Shown piece after piece: positions 28,656-37,922 of a stretch of 64,000 bases of DNA. Source of the DNA: a virus. Position 1 is the stretch's first letter. Each line of letters starts with the position of its first letter. Made by a program: the position numbers and the translations under genes. Under the pieces are notes generated by a model. That model did not search any database. It was not told where the DNA came from and worked only from the letters and a program-made list of their open reading frames with translations. The stretch lies in IMG/VR virus record IMGVR_UViG_3300045988_175246. One strand, written 5' to 3'.

Positions 28656-28735
28656 TTTTCAGGATTGTGGCCTCGTCGTTTTGGCGGGGCTTTTGTTTTT
28701 TGGCGTGTCCGTGTTGCCTGTTTTACAAAGTGCGC

Positions 28736-28758
28736 TATACTGGAATTGTTCACACAAA
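28736..28758 (+). promoter_or_regulatory. conserved promoter/leader motif copy 5
   Basis: TATACTGGAATTGTTCACACAAA; ATG 28824. Confidence 0.5.
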
Positions 28759-28823
28759 ACATTGGAACCGTATTACGTCGCATCGTTCAGACAACGGGGA
28801 AGACTGAGAAAAAAGGAGGAAGC

Positions 28824-29039
28824 ATGAATGTCAAGTTCACCGGATTCGACTACATCAGCGACAACGACGGCATGGGCATTCACGTCGTCGCGGGAGCCGA
28901 CGACATCTGGTTGCCGGTCGATGACCGTGAGCGTGTGAGGTTCGCACTCGCCGTGCTGGACGGGTTGGAACCCAAGGAACTGGATGAAGTCGCCTATCAG
29001 TTCGCCTTGGAGAGGACACGCGGACATGGTTCGCTTTGA
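28824..29039 (+). CDS. hypothetical small protein
   Basis: MNVKFTGFDYISDNDGMGIHVV...; 71 aa. Confidence 0.4.
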   Translation: MNVKFTGFDYISDNDGMGIHVVAGADDIWLPVDDRERVRFALAVLDGLEPKELDEVAYQFALERTRGHGSL

Positions 29040-29101
29040 CGCCTTAATGCATTGAAAACGCGCTTGGCTGGAAGCTGGTTTGACGTTCTTGTGCATTCAT
29101 G

Positions 29102-29124
29102 TATACTGGAATCGTTCACACAAA
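29102..29124 (+). promoter_or_regulatory. conserved promoter/leader motif copy 6
   Basis: TATACTGGAATCGTTCACACAAA; ATG 29155. Confidence 0.5.
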
Positions 29125-29154
29125 AACAGAAAGCCATTGAATAGGAGTTAGACC

Positions 29155-29543
29155 ATGGAACACAAGACCAAGGCCGTAGAAGTCAGTTTTCTAAAAACCA
29201 AAAGTGGACGGGCACCGCCACGAGAATGCTGACCTTCCCGGTCGGAGAACTGGCCGACAGGTGCTTGAATGCATGGCTCGATATCACGGATGAAGGCTTC
29301 TCCCATGCCATACTCCCATCCACGCAACTGGCGGAACGGTTCTCCACGCTCATGGAATCGGACGCCGACCAAGCCGCTTGGGACGAATTCTATAAAGCCG
29401 TGGGCGAGGAGTTCTCCCGCTTGTCGGCGGACGAGCTTGCCGCGTTTTTCATCGACCTGAACGACCCTTCGACCATAGAGGCCGTGCTGTGGAGCGACGG
29501 CGAACACGAGTTTTTGGATTCCGGTTGCGAATGCCGGTATTAA
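29155..29543 (+). pseudogene. frameshifted family-F2 paralog
   Basis: ATG 29155 frame gives MEHKTKAVEVSFLKTKSGRAPPREC-stop; frame of ORF 29226..29543 continues ...FSKNQKWTGTATRMLTFPVGELADRCLNAWLDITDEGF matching 27944..28321; shift maps to the ttttctaaaaacc run. Confidence 0.5.
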
Positions 29544-29560
29544 CGAAAGAGGACTTGACA

Positions 29561-29740
29561 ATGAGAACCAAAGCCAAGGAACTGCCAGCCATCCTCACTA
29601 TAGCTGACACGATGGCCTACCTCTCCTGCTCACGCCAGCACGTGTACGACCTGCTGAAGGCCGGTCGCATACGCACCTACAAAATCGGACGACGCCGGTA
29701 CATCGACGCCGATTCGCTCGCCCACCTGTTCTGGAGGTAA
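29561..29740 (+). CDS. excisionase/Xis-family HTH DNA-binding protein
   Basis: LPAILTIADTMAYLSCSRQHVYDLLKAGRIRTYKIGRRRYIDADSLAHL; RBS aaagagga upstream of ATG 29561. Confidence 0.55.
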   Translation: MRTKAKELPAILTIADTMAYLSCSRQHVYDLLKAGRIRTYKIGRRRYIDADSLAHLFWR

Positions 29741-29744
29741 CGCG

Positions 29745-29903
29745 ATGCCGAACGTGAACCGTGTGGTCATGTTGCCCGCCGACCTGTACCGGCTGACCAT
29801 GCAGTACGCCGACGATAACGAACTCACGTGGAACGCGGCGGTGAGAGCACTGGTCGAACGGGGGCTGAGGCAAACCGTCGAACCATGTGGGGAGCTGTCA
29901 TGA
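29745..29903 (+). CDS. small protein (52 aa), possible ribbon-helix-helix
   Basis: Own translation MPNVNRVVMLPADLYRLTMQYADDNELTWNAAVRALVERGLRQTVEPCGELS; stop overlaps next ATG (ATGA). Confidence 0.3.
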   Translation: MPNVNRVVMLPADLYRLTMQYADDNELTWNAAVRALVERGLRQTVEPCGELS

Positions 29904-30223
29904 CCGGGGACAGGCTACCCGCGTTCTTTCTCAAGGGCGTGTGGCAGGGGTTGAAAATAGCCCTCATACCGCACGCCCGTCTGCGTGACCCGTTGGGTCC
30001 CATGCCGACCGTGCGCGATTGGCTCGACATGTACGGAGGCACCCGCATGGACGCGGACATGTTCGACCGTTGCGAGAGCGAATGGTACGCACTGCTGGAG
30101 CAACGGAAACGTCGGATGAGCGCGTTCCTCGCGGGCGGATACGCGGGCACGTGGATGTATGCGATTGGGGTGCTCGTACTGTTGGGGTTGGTCGGCTGGC
30201 GGATTTGGCAGCTGATTCCCTGA
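29900..30223 (+). CDS. membrane protein (C-terminal TM)
   Basis: MTGDRLPAFFLKGVWQGL...WMYAIGVLVLLGLVGWRIWQLIP. Confidence 0.4.
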   Translation: MTGDRLPAFFLKGVWQGLKIALIPHARLRDPLGPMPTVRDWLDMYGGTRMDADMFDRCESEWYALLEQRKRRMSAFLAGGYAGTWMYAIGVLVLLGLVGWRIWQLIP

Positions 30224-30302
30224 GATTCTAAACCCGTCGGATTCGACGGGTTTAGCTTTTTGCGGCTGTGCAGTGAGGGATTTTTGCATTATCCCTCTGT
30301 GG

Positions 30303-30325
30303 TATACTGGAATCGTCCACACAAA
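30303..30325 (+). promoter_or_regulatory. conserved promoter/leader motif copy 7
   Basis: TATACTGGAATCGTCCACACAAA; ATG 30350. Confidence 0.5.
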
Positions 30326-30349
30326 AACCATTTTAAAAAGGAGAACAAC

Positions 30350-30541
30350 ATGTATATAGAACACGCCTACCAGCAGACACAGCAGGTGTGGCCGGTCGAA
30401 TACGAAGACCAGCTCACACTCTTAACTTCGCTTGAGAGCGCCGAACAGTACACCCACGAACACGGGGGAACTATCCTCGACCCCCCCCCGAAGGCTCTGA
30501 GGTCTTTCGTCAGGGCGCAGGGCTTGGTCTTCCGCTTCTAG
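30350..30541 (+). CDS. hypothetical small protein (63 aa)
   Basis: MYIEHAYQQTQQVWPVEYEDQ...; note C8 homopolymer at ~30481. Confidence 0.4.
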   Translation: MYIEHAYQQTQQVWPVEYEDQLTLLTSLESAEQYTHEHGGTILDPPPKALRSFVRAQGLVFRF

Positions 30542-30592
30542 GCGCTGGTCGGCATTTTTGTTTTTCGTATTGTGATATTTCAGACCATGTGT

Positions 30593-30615
30593 TATAGTGG
30601 TCATGTCCACACAAA
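30593..30615 (+). promoter_or_regulatory. conserved promoter/leader motif copy 8 (variant TATAGTGGTCATGTCCACACAAA)
   Basis: ATG 30651. Confidence 0.45.
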
Positions 30616-30650
30616 AAGGGTTCGGCCTCACAACAACAAAAGGAGAAAAC

Positions 30651-30947
30651 ATGAACACCATCCAGCCAATCGCATTCGACAACGGCACCATCAGCATCGT
30701 CGCAAGCGACAACACCTACGACCACACCTACGCAGACAAGCCCATGAACGAAGCCATCGTGGAAACCTCCCACAGCAAGCCCAACCCAACCAACTGGAAG
30801 CACGTCGTATCCAACTGCGACGAACGCTGGAACCTCATCAAAGGCGACGCATGCTTGGCAGTCCTGAGCGGCAACTGGGACGTTTTCGAGAACCGCCACG
30901 AAAACAGAATCATGCTCGTCACCCGCAAGGGAACCCGAATCCTCTGA
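30651..30947 (+). CDS. hypothetical protein (98 aa)
   Basis: MNTIQPIAFDNGTISIVASDNTYDH... Confidence 0.45.
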   Translation: MNTIQPIAFDNGTISIVASDNTYDHTYADKPMNEAIVETSHSKPNPTNWKHVVSNCDERWNLIKGDACLAVLSGNWDVFENRHENRIMLVTRKGTRIL

Positions 30948-31032
30948 CCCATGCTAAAAGCCTCGGGGAGAAGCGTCATCCAGACCGCTTCTCCCCTCTC
31001 TCATATCCGACAAAAAAGAAAGGAAGCCTTGC

Positions 31033-31755
31033 ATGAAAGAACGGGATATCTCGCTGGAAAACGACCTCATGATGTTAGGTCAGGAACCGATGGACGAACC
31101 CGACTCGTCCACCACCATCGAACTGCAAAGAGTAGTCAAAGAGACGGAACGGAAAATGTTGAAACCACCGGCACCGCCCATGGAAGCCGAAAAGAAGAAC
31201 GTTCCTAAGCCCGTCGAACCGAAGAACGACCCTACAGTCAAGACGAAACCTAAAGCAAAGACCGAAACCGTGTCCACGAAAGAACCGAAGACCTACAGGC
31301 CGACCATCTCACGCAAACAGTCAAAACCCGTCAAAATCGCTCCGACCCTCACCAATCCCTATGCTCCCGTCGAATACGATTGCAACGGCAATTGGCGCCA
31401 GCTCGTGGCCGGAATCGCCATCATCGGCGTTCTCGTGGCGGTAATCGCCCTACTGGTAGGGGCCAAAACATATTGGCGGTTCATCACCGTAGGAGTATTA
31501 GCCGCTTTCGCCATGCTCCCACTTTACGGTTGGTTTGATGAACTCGAACGGGATATGGCCGTCAAAGCCGTGGAAAAGGATTACAGGATTCGTATTCTGC
31601 AAGCGAACGGTGGCGGTGGACTGGTGGAAGTTTATTACACGTTCCAGCAGAATCCGACCGTCAAAGCTGGTGTTGTTTCCTATGGTCACGGCTTGGCATG
31701 GTTGCGGAACGCGGACGGTAAGAAGATTGTCGGACGCGGCAAACCGTTGGACTGA
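31033..31755 (+). CDS. membrane protein with K/P/E-rich N-terminal region and two TM helices
   Basis: 240 aa; QLVAGIAIIGVLVAVIALLVGA and FITVGVLAAFAMLPLYGWF. Confidence 0.5.
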   Translation: MKERDISLENDLMMLGQEPMDEPDSSTTIELQRVVKETERKMLKPPAPPMEAEKKNVPKPVEPKNDPTVKTKPKAKTETVSTKEPKTYRPTISRKQSKPVKIAPTLTNPYAPVEYDCNGNWRQLVAGIAIIGVLVAVIALLVGAKTYWRFITVGVLAAFAMLPLYGWFDELERDMAVKAVEKDYRIRILQANGGGGLVEVYYTFQQNPTVKAGVVSYGHGLAWLRNADGKKIVGRGKPLD

Positions 31756-31799
31756 TTGAGTTAATCTGGAAGCAATCACACCCACTACGGTAAGGAGCA

Positions 31800-33480
31800 T
31801 TTGACGTGCTGAACAACGGAATCTGCGCAATCTGCAAAAAGAACAAGTGGACTATCCTCTGCCCCGAATGCTCCCGACCGTTATGTTCCGACTGTTTGAC
31901 GTCCTCCCGGTGTTGAAACACCGGGATTCCAACACTTATCGTGTTGAGGTTTTGCACGTCATGGTGGAAGCGTTCTTCCCGCGATAAGCGGGTTGGACGG
32001 CTGATTCCGTTTCGGCGTGCTCGGCTTCGTCCAAGCCGATAAGATGGTCCAATCCCCGTTTGAGGATGTTGTTGGCCGCGTTCAAGTCGGCGTTCATGCT
32101 CATGTGGCATTGCTTGCATTCGAAGTCCGCTTGGCTTTCACGGTTTCGACTGTCGCAATAACCGCATTCACTGCATGTCTGGCTTGTGTACGCGGGGTTG
32201 ACGAGTATGAGACGGTTTCGTCCGGTCAACTGTGTTTTGTATTCGAGTTTGCCGACGATTCCGCCAAGGCTTGCCGCACGTAGACCACGGTTGAGTCCAC
32301 GTTTTGCCGACTGGCTGTTATGCAGGTACGCGCCCGGCCTTTCCGGGTCTGGTTTGGCTTTCGCCTTGCGGCTCATGTCTTGCAGGTTGAGGTTTTCCAA
32401 TACGATGAGGTCGTATTGTTTGACGAGACTGGTGGTGGTCTTGTGTTGCCAATCGTCTATGATTCGGTGGGCTTTCGCGTACAGTCGGCCGATTTCCCTG
32501 CCGGTGCGCTCATAGGTGCGGCTTGCATGCTGACGGTATTGTTTTAATGTTTTGCCGGACATGCTCACGCGTCTCGCCTGTGCTTTCTGACGGCGGCGTA
32601 TCTCCCTGTCGATACGGTTCAACCGTTCCTTGGGAAGGTCGATGAAAGTGTTGTCGGACGTGGCGAGCGTGTGGACGCAACCCCTGTCCAAGCCGACCAT
32701 GGCTCCCGTGCGCTCACGGCCTATCGGCAGCGGGTCGTTGACGAACACGAGCGTGCGTCGTGTCCAGTTCACCCCGATGCTCGTATAGTCGCGTATGGAC
32801 TGGCTGACCCGGACACGGATATGGATGCTGTAACGGCATGATTGCCCGTCCAGACGATATGCGCCCGGATTCTGTCCGGTGATGACGACCTCGCCGTGAT
32901 TCCGGTTCAACTGCCGGTAGTTCGCGTTCGCGCCCTTATTGTGCCAGCAGACGAAATACAGGTCGTCATGACGTGATTTGAACCGTGGCATCATGCCCGG
33001 ATTCCTATGCTTTTTCTTCAACGTCCTACGACGCTTGTTCGCACTCCACCAGTCCGTGTTCTCTATCCTGTTCGGGGATTGCAACACCATGGAGGGGATG
33101 GCCGCAAGCCAAGAGCATTCCAATCTAACCTGACGGTCGGAACGCATGTCCGGCCTCCCGTTCAACGGGACGGCCGTCTGGGATTCCCTGTCCCACTTGG
33201 TGCGACGGGAGCGCAGCTGATTGTACCTGCAACGCCATCCGTCGCACAGCCAGCGCATCACGATGTCCGGGTTGGTCGAATACAAGGGGGCCTGCTGCCC
33301 GTCTGGGGTCGCACTCATGCCGAGATATGGTGCGGCACCCCGCACCTGCACTCGTTCTATCACGACCTTCTGGGACATGATTCCGATTATATCACTACGC
33401 GCGTATAATGAAAGAAAACTTAGACCGAAAGGAGGGGGCGGTTCCTCCCGGCATTGAAATACCGGGCATCCCCGCCCGGA
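31800..33480 (-). mobile_element. IS200/IS605-family tnpB-only (IS1341-like) insertion within the gene array
   Basis: TnpB ORF with no tnpA; hairpin-rich sequence at 33420-33480 (CCCGG-cattgaaata-CCGGG and flanking GC dyads) resembling IS605 end structures; interrupts the otherwise regular cassette array. Confidence 0.5.
31936..33378 (-). CDS. tnpB: TnpB (IS605 OrfB family RNA-guided endonuclease-like transposase accessory protein)
   Basis: RuvC-like motifs and zinc finger: LVNPAYTSQTCSECGYC...FECKQCHMSMNADLNAANNILKRG; 480 aa. Confidence 0.85.
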   Translation of the reverse strand: MSQKVVIERVQVRGAAPYLGMSATPDGQQAPLYSTNPDIVMRWLCDGWRCRYNQLRSRRTKWDRESQTAVPLNGRPDMRSDRQVRLECSWLAAIPSMVLQSPNRIENTDWWSANKRRRTLKKKHRNPGMMPRFKSRHDDLYFVCWHNKGANANYRQLNRNHGEVVITGQNPGAYRLDGQSCRYSIHIRVRVSQSIRDYTSIGVNWTRRTLVFVNDPLPIGRERTGAMVGLDRGCVHTLATSDNTFIDLPKERLNRIDREIRRRQKAQARRVSMSGKTLKQYRQHASRTYERTGREIGRLYAKAHRIIDDWQHKTTTSLVKQYDLIVLENLNLQDMSRKAKAKPDPERPGAYLHNSQSAKRGLNRGLRAASLGGIVGKLEYKTQLTGRNRLILVNPAYTSQTCSECGYCDSRNRESQADFECKQCHMSMNADLNAANNILKRGLDHLIGLDEAEHAETESAVQPAYRGKNASTMTCKTSTR

Positions 33481-33712
33481 AACTGGTGAGGATAGGTGAG
33501 CCGTTAACCTTTTAGATAGGAGTGAGAAATGGAAGAGGTCGGTAGGGAAAATGATTTTCGCGTATCGGCTTGGGGATGGGGTTTGCTGGTCGGATTGTCC
33601 CTTATGGTTCTGGCATATCTGTCTATTATTGCATTGATGAGCTTGCTGGTTTTTTGTGTGATTGGGTAGTTTGTTTTGACGTGCCGACTTGCGTAATTGC
33701 TATTCTTGAATA

Positions 33713-33735
33713 TATACTGGGATTGTTCACACAAA
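33713..33735 (+). promoter_or_regulatory. conserved promoter/leader motif copy 9
   Basis: TATACTGGGATTGTTCACACAAA; ATG 33762. Confidence 0.5.
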
Positions 33736-33761
33736 AACTTGGTCTACAAAAGGAGCAACCC

Positions 33762-34139
33762 ATGAACACCTACTACGCCGCCATCGTCAACCACCCCAAC
33801 CAGAAGCTTGACCCCGACAACAACATTCCACTAATCCAAATTTTCCACAGCGCCACCGAACGCAATAACTGGGTGAAAGCCTACGCTGATAATCCCCACG
33901 TGAAGACCATCGACTCGAAACAGGCGATTCGTTGGCTCCGCTTCACCTACCGCCAGTATCGAAACCAGAAGATTCCCTCCCGCATGAGCAGAGACGGCGT
34001 GGTCACGAAGTTCCTCCGCACCTGCTCGTTCCAACCCCTGCTCCACACGAAGAGAATCAGTCTCACGCCGGAAGAGGTCATCAAGCGTCTCTCCAGCCCC
34101 GAAGACCATGTGCTGAGGAAAATCGGATACACTCGCTGA
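33762..34139 (+). CDS. hypothetical protein (125 aa)
   Basis: MNTYYAAIVNHPNQKLDPDNNIPLIQIFHSATERNNW... Confidence 0.45.
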   Translation: MNTYYAAIVNHPNQKLDPDNNIPLIQIFHSATERNNWVKAYADNPHVKTIDSKQAIRWLRFTYRQYRNQKIPSRMSRDGVVTKFLRTCSFQPLLHTKRISLTPEEVIKRLSSPEDHVLRKIGYTR

Positions 34140-34150
34140 AAGGACAAAAA

Positions 34151-34564
34151 ATGAGTGACATTATCGAAAACGCCAAGACCGAACCCCGTCCGACTTGGAC
34201 GAAGCTAAAGGACGGTTGGAAAGTCCGAATCCCGAAAGAATGGTGGGATAACTGGAGTGAGGCTGGTGAAACCGACGAGTTCCCGGTATTCAAAGCCAAC
34301 GGCGAGGTGTCCCATGTAAACATCGTCAAGGTCAGCAAGCCGTTCGTGTTGGACGGTGTGGAATACGTCATAGGCACGCCAAGGAAGGAAACCTACCGTC
34401 GTGGGTCTGCCCCCTCCCGCACTTCCACTACCGCTCGTAAGCGCAGTGGCATTCGTTGTGAGGAGTGCGGCTCCACCAAGGGCGTGCATCTGACAAGGGA
34501 TATTAACGGCATCGGTTGCCTGTTATGCTCTCTTTGCGATGATGGTTCCGCGAGCGTCTGCTGA
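34151..34564 (+). CDS. hypothetical protein with C-terminal Cys cluster (zinc-ribbon-like)
   Basis: RCEECGSTKGVHLTRDINGIGCLLCSLCDDG; RBS aaaggacaaaaa + ATG 34151. Confidence 0.45.
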   Translation: MSDIIENAKTEPRPTWTKLKDGWKVRIPKEWWDNWSEAGETDEFPVFKANGEVSHVNIVKVSKPFVLDGVEYVIGTPRKETYRRGSAPSRTSTTARKRSGIRCEECGSTKGVHLTRDINGIGCLLCSLCDDGSASVC

Positions 34565-34644
34565 TTGGGTTTGCGGGGATTATTGGTCTTGTTGCTGTAG
34601 TTCCCGCTTTTTTGTTTTGTGGCGTGTTTTGTCCAAGCAAATTG

Positions 34645-34667
34645 TATACTGGAATTGTTCACACAAA
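34645..34667 (+). promoter_or_regulatory. conserved promoter/leader motif copy 10
   Basis: TATACTGGAATTGTTCACACAAA; preceded by hairpin GCGGGGA...TCCCGC+TTTTTTG; ATG 34691. Confidence 0.5.
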
Positions 34668-34690
34668 AATATGGAAGCCAAGGAACAAAA

Positions 34691-35611
34691 ATGAGCAACA
34701 TCAACTGGAACGAAACCGCAGTCTACGAATTCATGCGATTCGAGCGCGAACCCGAACGCCGAGTATTCCCCGACCGCGACATCACCAAACTCGCCAAAGC
34801 TGGACTCATTCAGGAAAACGAGACGGGCGACTGGACTCTCACCCAAACAGGCGAAGACGAACTCGCCAACATCAGACAGCATTTCAACTCCGGCAAACTC
34901 TCCGAACTACCCCTGAAAGTCCGTAACTACTACTTCGACTGGCGCGTATACGACGAAAAGAAACTACCCGTCAAGGAACTATCCAAAGTGGCCCTACATG
35001 ACAGGAGCGCCGAGATTCGCAAGAAAGCGGCCACAATGCTCAACAAGTTCAGCAAGCTCGACAAGGAAACGTCGAACGGTTTGGCCCACGACGAGGATTA
35101 TCAGATTCGACTCATGGCGGCAAAGAACGCAGACCCTCACCTCTTCTTCGAGGAGTCGGACGAGCGTGTGGTCAAAACCCTTATCTATAACCATAACTTC
35201 GATAAGGAATGCGTCGAACATTGGCTGGACAATCCCAACAGTCAGATTCGCGTTCAGGCGGCTCTCCTGACCGAAGACGGCAAGGTGGATGAAGTGTTGG
35301 CCCGTCTTAACCCGCAGGATGTGGCGCATGTGCTGGCCGACGAGCCGCAGTGGGCCACTTGTGAGCGTGTCATGAACGCTTGGGAGAACGCGGACGAGGT
35401 GGGACGTTACAGACTGGTCAAGGTCATGCGCGACATGCCGGACTCGTTCATCAATCAGGCGTTCAAGAGCGACGCGTACATGGCCTTGCATGACCGTTTG
35501 GAGGAATACCGAGAAGCCGTCCGTCAAGTGTTGGAGCTTGGCTTCATGTTTTCCGAGGACAGTGAGATTCGCCGGAAGATTTGGGAGCGTGCCGAGCACG
35601 AGATTGGCTGA
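34691..35611 (+). CDS. alpha-helical repeat (HEAT/LRV-like) protein, family F3 (paralog of 36519..37484)
   Basis: Repeats HDRSAEIRKKAATML / DEDYQIRLMAAKNA / NPNSQIRVQAALLT; alignable end-to-end with 36519..37484. Confidence 0.5.
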   Translation: MSNINWNETAVYEFMRFEREPERRVFPDRDITKLAKAGLIQENETGDWTLTQTGEDELANIRQHFNSGKLSELPLKVRNYYFDWRVYDEKKLPVKELSKVALHDRSAEIRKKAATMLNKFSKLDKETSNGLAHDEDYQIRLMAAKNADPHLFFEESDERVVKTLIYNHNFDKECVEHWLDNPNSQIRVQAALLTEDGKVDEVLARLNPQDVAHVLADEPQWATCERVMNAWENADEVGRYRLVKVMRDMPDSFINQAFKSDAYMALHDRLEEYREAVRQVLELGFMFSEDSEIRRKIWERAEHEIG

Positions 35612-35622
35612 AAGGGGCAGCA

Positions 35623-35919
35623 ATGCGAAAAGCGACATTCATTAGGAAATACTACGGGCACGGATATGACGCACATATGGTCTATCTTGTCTACAGCTAT
35701 CGTGGGCACGAATACACGGTGTATGAGAACCTAGCCCAAGGCAACCGGCCTCTCGCGTGGCAACACCGCAATGAGCAAAGTCGAATAGACCAGTTAATAG
35801 AACAGGAAGAGAAAGAAAAGAACGCACAGCCGAAGCCATGCCGTTATGAAGACACCGCGCAGTATGCCCTCGACCAGCTTTATAACTTTCTCGATGGTAA
35901 ACCGTCGGACTTCGACTAA
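35623..35919 (+). CDS. hypothetical protein (98 aa)
   Basis: MRKATFIRKYYGHGYDAHMVYLVYSYRGHEYTVYENL...; no own promoter, co-transcribed with 34691. Confidence 0.4.
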   Translation: MRKATFIRKYYGHGYDAHMVYLVYSYRGHEYTVYENLAQGNRPLAWQHRNEQSRIDQLIEQEEKEKNAQPKPCRYEDTAQYALDQLYNFLDGKPSDFD

Positions 35920-36013
35920 CTAATAGTGGTAAAAATTTCCGAGTCGTGTGAATGCTTTTTGTATTTGCACGGCTTTTTGTTTTTTGCGCTTTTGCGCTTT
36001 CTCTTAAATATGA

Positions 36014-36036
36014 TATACTGGAATTGTTCACACAAA
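36014..36036 (+). promoter_or_regulatory. conserved promoter/leader motif copy 11
   Basis: TATACTGGAATTGTTCACACAAA; ATG 36056. Confidence 0.5.
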
Positions 36037-36055
36037 TATGAGAGAAAGAGCCACA

Positions 36056-36364
36056 ATGAACGAGTATTTCGCACGATTCGGAGCAGAGGACTACAACATC
36101 TTCCACAACGGCAATGCCTCCTATGTCATGTTGCGCGTTGCGGACGAGAACATGACCTACTTCGCCTTGTTTGAGCACATCGAGGGTCATGCTGGCGTCG
36201 GCTGTAGGATGTTCGACTCTCCGACTGAGGTGTTTTTGGATGCCGCCGTTGACGAGACGTGCTCCGACGAGCAGCTTGCCGACTTCGTTGGACAGCCTGA
36301 CACCGCTTTCGTCCACAGTATCAATATCCGCAGGATTCTGTATCGCTCCGGACTTCTGAACTAA
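36056..36364 (+). CDS. hypothetical protein, family F1 paralog
   Basis: See 26030..26344. Confidence 0.55.
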   Translation: MNEYFARFGAEDYNIFHNGNASYVMLRVADENMTYFALFEHIEGHAGVGCRMFDSPTEVFLDAAVDETCSDEQLADFVGQPDTAFVHSINIRRILYRSGLLN

Positions 36365-36474
36365 CACGGGGATGCGCCCGCAGGGCAACCGGTGGGCACA
36401 TCCCTTTTTCGTGTGCGCGGGGATTGCCCTTCGTTTTGGCTTGGTTGCGTGTTGTGTTTTTACCTCACTTACGC

Positions 36475-36497
36475 TATACTGGAATTGTTCACACAAG
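36475..36497 (+). promoter_or_regulatory. conserved promoter/leader motif copy 12
   Basis: TATACTGGAATTGTTCACACAAG; preceded by imperfect hairpin GGGATGCGCCC...GGGCACATCCC+TTTTTCG; ATG 36519. Confidence 0.5.
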
Positions 36498-36518
36498 ATA
36501 TGCTGAGAAGGAGAAACC

Positions 36519-37484
36519 ATGGACAACGACGCAATCAACACTCTCACCAAAAAGTGGAACGCCAACCTCGTCTACTACTTCGAGGACTTCGACAACGAAA
36601 CCCACTCGCAACGACTGAGCGCATACATCGACCAGAAGCCCTTAGACAAAATCAAGGAAGCCAACCTAATCGAACTGACCAAGGAACGCGACCGTTGGAA
36701 GCTTACCAACAAGGGAATCGACCTGCTGGAAAGCATCAAGAACATCTACCGGAGTGGAAGAATATTTCTGCTCCCCCTACCATTCCGTCACTACTACATC
36801 AACTGCAAGTTGAAGTACAACATGAAAATCGAGGACGGAAAAATATACGACGGACTGCGTGAAACCGTGTTGAAAGACCGGAGTCGTGACGTTCGCCGCA
36901 AAGTGGCCGACTATCTGGAATACAAGGGAAAACTCAACTACAAGACCGCGACCAGCCTCGCCAAGGACAAAGACCCCGAACTACGCAAGCTCGCCGCAAA
37001 GCATACCGTTGCAAGCATATACTGGGAGGAAACGGATTACGACGTTATCCGCTACATGGTGGAAAACAAGCTGGCCGATAGGCTCTGCTTCGAGCATTGG
37101 GTGAAAAGCGAAGACGAAACCATCCGCGCCCTATCGGCACCGTTGGCGGAAGAAAAGGACATAGACCCATTGCTGGACTCCCTCTCCGACGAATCCGCCA
37201 TCCAAGTCTTGTTTAATAATCCGGAATGGGTCAAAGGTGAGCGTGCCGTGCGCTTGTGGCGTCGCATGGGCGGGGAAAACCGCCGTTGGATTATGTCCTT
37301 TATGTGGAATGTTCCCGATTCTCTGATTGAGGAGTCGTTGGCTGAACCTCGTAATTGGCAAATCTCTTCTCGATTGGAGGAGTATAAGAAGGCGTTGCAG
37401 ACCGTGTCCCGTATGGAGCGCTTGTTTGCCAAGGGTAGTGAGATTAAACGCAAGATGCGTGCCCGTGCCGGTTTGTCCGATTGA
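36519..37484 (+). CDS. alpha-helical repeat protein, family F3 paralog
   Basis: 321 aa; RSRDVRRKVADYL / DPELRKLAAKH repeats; paralog of 34691..35611. Confidence 0.5.
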   Translation: MDNDAINTLTKKWNANLVYYFEDFDNETHSQRLSAYIDQKPLDKIKEANLIELTKERDRWKLTNKGIDLLESIKNIYRSGRIFLLPLPFRHYYINCKLKYNMKIEDGKIYDGLRETVLKDRSRDVRRKVADYLEYKGKLNYKTATSLAKDKDPELRKLAAKHTVASIYWEETDYDVIRYMVENKLADRLCFEHWVKSEDETIRALSAPLAEEKDIDPLLDSLSDESAIQVLFNNPEWVKGERAVRLWRRMGGENRRWIMSFMWNVPDSLIEESLAEPRNWQISSRLEEYKKALQTVSRMERLFAKGSEIKRKMRARAGLSD

Positions 37485-37566
37485 GGTTTGACGGAGGAGA
37501 AGCGGGACGCTGTTTTTGGTGTCCTGCTTCTTGTTTTTGGGGTTTTGCGGTTTCTCTCAAGTGTGC

Positions 37567-37589
37567 TATAGTGGAATTGTTCACACAAA
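37567..37589 (+). promoter_or_regulatory. conserved promoter/leader motif copy 13 (TATAGTGGAATTGTTCACACAAA)
   Basis: ATG 37618. Confidence 0.5.
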
Positions 37590-37617
37590 GAGCGATAGGC
37601 AAAAAGGAGCACATAAC

Positions 37618-37875
37618 ATGTACGCAATCCACTACATCGGCGGCGCAATCAACGTCAGGAAAATGCCCAAAGCCCAAGCCATCGAATACGCCAAACAAAT
37701 CAACGACAACCCCACAGGCACATTCCCCGAAAGCGTGAAACTCGCACAAAGCGCCGAAGCCCGAGACATCATGCAAAACAGACTCTTCGCAAAAGATATC
37801 TACCCCCGCCACAGCGACGTATACAGCATGAGCATGGCTGAACTCGTCAACGCAGTCAACGAATACTGTTGCTGA
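37618..37875 (+). CDS. hypothetical small protein (85 aa)
   Basis: MYAIHYIGGAINVRKMPKAQAIEYAKQINDNPTG... Confidence 0.4.
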   Translation: MYAIHYIGGAINVRKMPKAQAIEYAKQINDNPTGTFPESVKLAQSAEARDIMQNRLFAKDIYPRHSDVYSMSMAELVNAVNEYCC

Positions 37876-37922
37876 AAAAACAATCGCCACAAAAACCAAC
37901 CACACGAAAAAGGACAATCAGA

